Below, one piece after another: positions 42,075 to 45,701 of a stretch of DNA of 45,701 nucleotides (within the stretch, counting starts at the first letter, position 1; every line of letters begins with the position of its first letter). This DNA comes from Thiotrichales bacterium (GTDB lineage: Bacteria; Pseudomonadota; Gammaproteobacteria; UBA5335; SLRW01), in contig PWYF01000095.1 in the NCBI GenBank assembly GCA_003567955.1, positions 1-45,701 of the forward strand, written 5' to 3'. The notes beneath the pieces are model-generated. The model worked only from the letters and a program-made list of their open reading frames with translations, searched no databases and had not been told where the DNA came from. The position numbers and the translations under genes were made by a program.

Positions 42075-44105
42075 ATGTCAGCTCCCGCAAACCAGGCACT
42101 TAACCGGCCCCAGCGCGAAGCCGTGGCCTATATCGATGGCCCTTTGCTGGTGCTGGCCGGCGCGGGCAGCGGCAAGACCCGCGTCATCACCCGCAAGATT
42201 GCCTGGCTGGTCAACGAATGCGGCTATGCCCCGGGCACGATCTGCGCGCTCACCTTCACCAACAAAAGCGCGCGGGAGATGAAATCCCGGGTTGGCGCGC
42301 TGCCTGGCACAGGCAAGGGACAACGGGGGCTGACGGTATCGACTTTTCACAGCCTGGGGCTGTCGCTGCTGCAACGCGAACATACCCGGCTTGACTACCG
42401 ACGCGGCTTTTCCATTTTTGATGCCGGCGACAGCCTGGGCCTGCTGCGGGAAATCAGCCGCCGTGAAGGCGATCTGGAGGACGCTGTACTGTCGCGACTG
42501 CAATGGCAAATCAGCGACTGGAAAGCCGCCCTGATCCCGCCAGAAACCGCCATGCAAGCTGCCACGGACGATATCGAACTGCGCCAGGCCCGTCTCTATG
42601 GTGAGTACCAGCGCCACCTCAAGGCCTGCAACGCCTTCGACTTTGACGATCTCATCGTCCGCCCGGTGGAATTGCTGCAACAGATTCCCGAGGTTCGCGA
42701 ATACTGGCAGAACCGGTTGCGCTATCTACTCGTGGATGAGTACCAGGACACCAATGGCGCGCAGTATGAATTACTGCGGCTACTGGCCGGCGCCCGGGCA
42801 CAATTCACCGTGGTCGGCGATGATGACCAGTCCATCTACGCCTGGCGCGGCGCGCGGCCGGAAAATATCGGCCAGCTGGGACAGGACTACCCGGGCCTGA
42901 AAGTCATCAAACTGGAACAAAACTATCGTTCCAGCGGCCGTATTCTGAGGGTAGCCAACCAGTTGATCGCCGGTAACCCCCACCTGTTTGAAAAACGGCT
43001 GTGGAGTCAGCTGGGCGAAGGTGATCCGATTCGGGTGCTGCAATGTCGTGACAGCGAGGCCGAAGCCCGGCGAATTGTCTCGGAAATCATCCAGCACCGC
43101 TTCCATCAACGCAGCGCCTTCAGCGATTTCGCCATACTGTATCGCGGCAACCATCAGGCCCGGGCTTTTGAACAGGCTCTTCGCGAGAACCAGATTCCCT
43201 ATCGCATCAGTGGCGGTCGGTCATTTTTTGACAAAGCCGAGGTCAAAGACCTCATGGCCTACCTCAAGCTGTTGGCCAATCCGGATGACAACAGCGCGTT
43301 TCTGCGCATCATCAACACCCCGCGGCGTGAAATCGGTGCGGCCACCCTGGAAAAACTGGCCGACTGGGCCGGCGGGCGAGGCGTCAGCCTGCTCGCCGCC
43401 TGTACCGACATGGGGCTGGCGCAAAAACTGCCCGAGCGCAATCTGCGCAAGGTGCGTGAATTCGCCGACTGGATGGCCGACCTCGCGCGGTTGGCCGAAC
43501 ACGAGGATACCGTCAGCCTGGCCCGGCGCATATTACGTGAAAGCGATTACGAAACCTGGCTGCTCGATACCCTGCGCGAACCCCGGCAGGTGGAAAAACG
43601 CATGGAAGCCCTGACCGAACTGCTGCAGTGGTTGCAGAAAGTCGGGGCCCGGGAAGGCTTTGAAGGACGTCTGGAACAGGTGCTGGCCCATATCAGCCTG
43701 CTGGGCATACTCGAACGCCAGGAGGAAGAAACCGAAATCGACGGGGTCCAGTTAATGACCCTGCATGCCGCCAAGGGGCTGGAATTCCCCCATGTCTTCA
43801 TGGTGGGCATGGAAGAAGGCCTGTTGCCCCATCACGCCAGCCTCGATGATGGCGCCCTGGCTGAGGAACGGCGCCTGTGCTACGTCGGGATCCCCCGGGC
43901 CCAGCGCTCACTGACGCTGAGCTGGGCCAGCCAGCGCCGGCGCGCGGGTGAACAGATGGACTGTGAGCCCAGCCGTTTTCTGGAAGAATTGCCCGCCGAC
44001 GACCTGGCATGGGAACGCCCCGGCAAACCACAGGACCCGGAGAAACGCCTGGCGACCGGCAAGGCGCACCTGGATGCTTTACGCAACATGCTGGCGGAAG
44101 AGTAA
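42075..44105 (+). CDS. rep: ATP-dependent DNA helicase Rep (SF1)
   Basis: LNRPQREAVAYIDGPLLVLAGAGSGKTRVITRKIAWLV, LLVDEYQDTN, VGDDDQSIYAWRGA, QNYRS, LMTLHAAKGLEFPHVF and RRLCYVGIPRAQ motifs. 676 aa from the ATG at 42075. Confidence 0.9.
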   Translation: MSAPANQALNRPQREAVAYIDGPLLVLAGAGSGKTRVITRKIAWLVNECGYAPGTICALTFTNKSAREMKSRVGALPGTGKGQRGLTVSTFHSLGLSLLQREHTRLDYRRGFSIFDAGDSLGLLREISRREGDLEDAVLSRLQWQISDWKAALIPPETAMQAATDDIELRQARLYGEYQRHLKACNAFDFDDLIVRPVELLQQIPEVREYWQNRLRYLLVDEYQDTNGAQYELLRLLAGARAQFTVVGDDDQSIYAWRGARPENIGQLGQDYPGLKVIKLEQNYRSSGRILRVANQLIAGNPHLFEKRLWSQLGEGDPIRVLQCRDSEAEARRIVSEIIQHRFHQRSAFSDFAILYRGNHQARAFEQALRENQIPYRISGGRSFFDKAEVKDLMAYLKLLANPDDNSAFLRIINTPRREIGAATLEKLADWAGGRGVSLLAACTDMGLAQKLPERNLRKVREFADWMADLARLAEHEDTVSLARRILRESDYETWLLDTLREPRQVEKRMEALTELLQWLQKVGAREGFEGRLEQVLAHISLLGILERQEEETEIDGVQLMTLHAAKGLEFPHVFMVGMEEGLLPHHASLDDGALAEERRLCYVGIPRAQRSLTLSWASQRRRAGEQMDCEPSRFLEELPADDLAWERPGKPQDPEKRLATGKAHLDALRNMLAEE

Positions 44106-44113
44106 GGGAAACG

Positions 44114-44140
44114 CCCCGACCATGGCATGCATGGTCGGGG
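44114..44140. terminator. 11-bp-stem hairpin between convergent rep and cytochrome c5 (no U-tract)
   Basis: CCCCGACCATG-GCATG-CATGGTCGGGG, read directly in the 42-bp convergent gap. Confidence 0.45.
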
Positions 44141-44147
44141 CCACACA

Positions 44148-44699
44148 TCAGTAGCCGAGCTGCTCCAGCATATAATCCACCGAAGCCTCAACTTCTTCAT
44201 CGCTGAGGTTGGGGTTACCCCCGCGCGCCGGCATCTGGCCTATACCCTCAATCGCATGACGCACCAGCGTCTCACGGTCCTGACCCAGACGGTCATTCCA
44301 GGTATCGGCATCACTGGTCAGCGGTGCCTGCATGGCCCCGGTATCGTGACAGGCGGCACAGTTATTGCGGTAAATCTGCTCACCGCTGAGCGGCTCGTCC
44401 GCAGCGGGGGCCTCGGCGGCCGCCGTCATGACCTGACCCGGTTCACCGGTATTAACCTGGCCCACGGGCGCCACCCGTTCAGCCAGCACCTGCCTTGAGA
44501 GGGGGTCAACTTCATCGTCAGAAGTCAATCCTGCCAGCAGCGCCGCCAACAGCACCAGCAATACGGCAAAAGCCACCATGCCGCCCATCAGCCAGCTGAG
44601 AATCTTCAGAAAACTGCCTTCATCGTGTTCGGTCACGAGCGAACCCCCGTCCTCGTCGTCTGCCCCCGGGGCAACCAGGCTGCCCCGCCAGAGGCGCAA
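44148..44699 (-). CDS. Membrane-anchored class I c-type cytochrome (cytochrome c5-like)
   Basis: TM anchor (MGGMVAFAVLLVLLAALLAGL), heme site CAACH, and distal Met region GIGQMPARGG. The track start at 44699 is a TTG. A GTG at 44636, preceded by GGGGG, is an equally plausible start. Confidence 0.8.
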   Translation of the reverse strand: MRLWRGSLVAPGADDEDGGSLVTEHDEGSFLKILSWLMGGMVAFAVLLVLLAALLAGLTSDDEVDPLSRQVLAERVAPVGQVNTGEPGQVMTAAAEAPAADEPLSGEQIYRNNCAACHDTGAMQAPLTSDADTWNDRLGQDRETLVRHAIEGIGQMPARGGNPNLSDEEVEASVDYMLEQLGY

Positions 44700-44776
44700 G
44701 TATACCGGGAATGCCGGGCCGGCAAAACACCAGGCACTCCGGTCTGCCTCCGAAGAGATCAGCGCTTTGCTTCACG

Positions 44777-44805
44777 TGGACGTCATGGCAGTAAAAAGTT
44801 ATGCT
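44777..44805 (+). promoter_or_regulatory. Possible sigma-70 promoter of the tRNA-Arg transcription unit
   Basis: TGGACG (-35, 4/6), a 17-bp spacer, TATGCT (-10, 4/6), then a GC-rich discriminator TTGCCGCCCG. It lies about 35 nt upstream of the first tRNA-derived sequence. Sequence match only. Confidence 0.3.
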
Positions 44806-44840
44806 TTGCCGCCCGTTCAGTCATGAACCGGAACAGCACA

Positions 44841-44859
44841 GCGCCCGTAGCTCAGCTGG
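44841..44859 (+). pseudogene. tRNA-Arg 5' fragment (nt 1-19 only)
   Basis: GCGCCCGTAGCTCAGCTGG is identical to the first 19 nt of the intact tRNA at 45165. The 7-nt 5' flank CAGCACA is also shared. Confidence 0.85.
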
Positions 44860-44988
44860 GTGAGTGGCGACCGAACAGCCGGTGGCTGTTCGCAGCGCCA
44901 CGAACGACCGGACAGGACGTCCGGGCCGGGACCACCGGAAGCCGGCATGCGCTGCGCCAGGGAGGGCAGGCACCAGACAATTTGTATA

Positions 44989-45133
44989 GCGCCCGTAGCT
45001 CAGCTGGATAGAGTGTCGGCCTCCGAAGCCGAAGGTCGCAGGTTCGACAAATCCGCCATGGACGAGCGGATTTGAACCGCCGAAGGCGGGCCCCGAAGGG
45101 GTGAGGCCCATGGATGGGCCGAATAATCCTGCC
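44989..45133 (+). pseudogene. tRNA-Arg(CCG)-derived copy: nt 1-58 intact, T-loop interrupted by a 77-nt element, 3' acceptor strand missing
   Basis: 44989-45047 is identical to the intact tRNA through GGTTCGA. Element copy E1 follows (45048-45124), then AATCCTGCC (T-loop end plus T-stem 3' strand). The acceptor CGGGCGCGCCA is replaced by CCGGCAGGAT, which forms a local hairpin ATCCTGC-CCCG-GCAGGAT. Confidence 0.8.
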
Positions 45134-45164
45134 CCGGCAGGATGAGAACAATCCGATCAGCACA

Positions 45165-45241
45165 GCGCCCGTAGCTCAGCTGGATAGAGTGTCGGCCTCC
45201 GAAGCCGAAGGTCGCAGGTTCGAATCCTGCCGGGCGCGCCA
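45165..45241 (+). tRNA. tRNA-Arg, anticodon CCG, 77 nt with encoded CCA
   Basis: Hand-folded cloverleaf: acceptor GCGCCCG/CGGGCGC, D-arm GCTC/GAGT, anticodon stem TCGGC/GCCGA with loop CTCCGAA, variable AGGTC, T-arm GCAGG-TTCGAAT-CCTGC, discriminator G, CCA. Confidence 0.95.
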
Positions 45242-45254
45242 AACACCAAGACGA

Positions 45255-45280
45255 AGCCCGCCAAGTCTGCGGGCTTTTTT
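45255..45280 (+). terminator. Rho-independent terminator after tRNA-Arg
   Basis: GCCCGC-CAAGTCT-GCGGGC followed by TTTTTT. Confidence 0.8.
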
Positions 45281-45297
45281 ATACCTGACAGGAGCCA

Positions 45298-45430
45298 CGA
45301 TTCGAACCTGCGACGTTTCAATCAATCCAGGTTCGACAAAATCGCAGGATAGCGATTTTGAACCGCCGACAGGCGGACCCCGAAGGGGCGAGGCACACGG
45401 ATGTGCCGAGTAATCCTGCCGGGCGCGCCA
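45298..45430 (+). other. Composite unit: inverted T-arm copy + AGGTTCGA + element copy E2 (45337-45411) + tRNA-Arg 3' end with CCA
   Basis: 45298-45314 (CGATTCGAACCTGCGAC) is the reverse complement of tRNA nt 46-62 with one mismatch. 45329-45336 is AGGTTCGA, followed by 75-nt E2. 45412-45430 (AATCCTGCCGGGCGCGCCA) is identical to the tRNA 3' end. Confidence 0.8.
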
Positions 45431-45442
45431 TATTTATTAATA

Positions 45443-45467
45443 AGCCCGCCAGCACAGCGGGCTTTTT
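45443..45467 (+). terminator. Second terminator, paralogous to the one at 45255
   Basis: GCCCGC-CAGCACA-GCGGGC followed by TTTTT. It has the same stem as the first terminator with a different loop. Confidence 0.75.
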
Positions 45468-45485
45468 CATGCTTGACGGGATCCA

Positions 45486-45595
45486 CGATTCGAAGCTGCG
45501 ACGTTTCAATCAAATCAGGTTCGACAAAATCGCAGGATAGCGATTTTGAACCGCCGACAGGCGGACCCCGAAGGGGCGAGGCCCATGGACGGGAC
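45486..45595 (+). other. Second composite unit (188-bp period): inverted T-arm copy + AGGTTCGA + element copy E3, diverging in the last hairpin
   Basis: 45486-45583 aligns almost base-for-base with 45298-45396. After GCGAGGC the sequence departs and runs into REP-like motif copy C. No tRNA 3' end is present. Confidence 0.75.
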
Positions 45596-45615
45596 CAGGG
45601 AAACGCTGGTAAAGC

Positions 45616-45647
45616 CTGAGGCGCGACGAATTAATCAGCGTTTCCTT
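45616..45647 (-). repeat. REP-like hairpin motif, copy C
   Basis: The reverse complement reads AAGGAAACGCTGATTAATTCGTCGCGCCTCAG, about 29/32 identical to copy B. Here it is embedded in a longer 10-bp stem, GGAAACGCTG...CAGCGTTTCC (45599-45645). Confidence 0.7.
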
Positions 45648-45701
45648 AAGAAAACAAGTTCAGTTTTTATTCGCGGGGATTTGCGCCATGAGCTGTTGCA
45701 G

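Noticed and set aside
45048-45411. Group I or group II intron, or an archaeal-type BHB intron, as the explanation for the T-loop insertion
   Set aside because: At about 75 nt it is far too small for self-splicing introns. Bacterial tRNA group I introns sit in the anticodon loop. Bacteria lack the splicing endonuclease needed for BHB introns. The interrupted copy also lacks its 3' acceptor strand, so it could not yield a tRNA even if spliced.
44834-45600. A CRISPR array, because of the repeated about 60-75-nt units
   Set aside because: There are only three copies at irregular spacing (about 290 and 188 bp). The repeats are longer than CRISPR repeats and are themselves multi-hairpin. The intervening sequence is tRNA-derived or duplicated rather than unique spacers. 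There are no cas genes in the window.
41001-45647. REP-like copies B (+) and C (-) are the two most similar copies (about 29/32) and are inverted. They could be read as terminal inverted repeats of a 4.6-kb composite element carrying the porin, rep, cytochrome c5 and the tRNA locus.
   Set aside because: The enclosed genes are core housekeeping genes with native-looking composition. There is no transposase. The motif also occurs elsewhere in 3'-UTR positions. The bracketing is most likely coincidental for a dispersed REP-like family. It is worth a quick synteny check only.

Overview
High-GC, gammaproteobacterium-like chromosomal segment, densely packed with housekeeping genes; the taxon cannot be fixed from sequence alone. 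Left to right:
- uvrD, truncated at the left edge and absent from the supplied ORF track.
- rpoH.
- A complete aa3-type cytochrome c oxidase and biogenesis cluster on the minus strand: coxB, coxA, a micro-ORF, ctaG, coxC, DUF2909 (plus strand), SURF1, SCO1, ctaA, cyoE.
- A three-gene operon of a GMC oxidoreductase plus two unknowns.
- bioC divergent from comF.
- tsaC-hemF-oxyR-rubredoxin-reductase-like.
- topA-smg-dprA-lysM, divergent from def-fmt-rsmB-trkA-trkH.
- Two tandem acyl-CoA dehydrogenases.
- hisB-H-A-F-I-E followed by tatA-B-C, all on the minus strand.
- A FecR/SPOR protein, dtd, a TorF-type porin, rep and cytochrome c5.
- A rearranged tRNA-Arg(CCG) locus at the right edge.

I saw no transposase, integrase, CRISPR array, rRNA or recognisable defence genes. 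Many long ORFs in the track are antisense shadows typical of high-GC DNA.

The non-routine signals are all non-coding:
1. The tRNA-Arg locus is a mosaic of tRNA fragments. It carries three copies of a ~75-nt four-hairpin element sitting exactly inside T-loop sequence, with compensatory stem changes between copies.
2. A ~270-nt GGA-rich transcript candidate has a GacA-box-like upstream site and a strong terminator (CsrB/Rsm-type sRNA).
3. A REP-like ~32-38-nt hairpin repeat family has at least four copies.
4. The rsmB-trkA spacer is heavily palindromic.

The GMC-oxidoreductase operon is the only protein-coding block I cannot place functionally.
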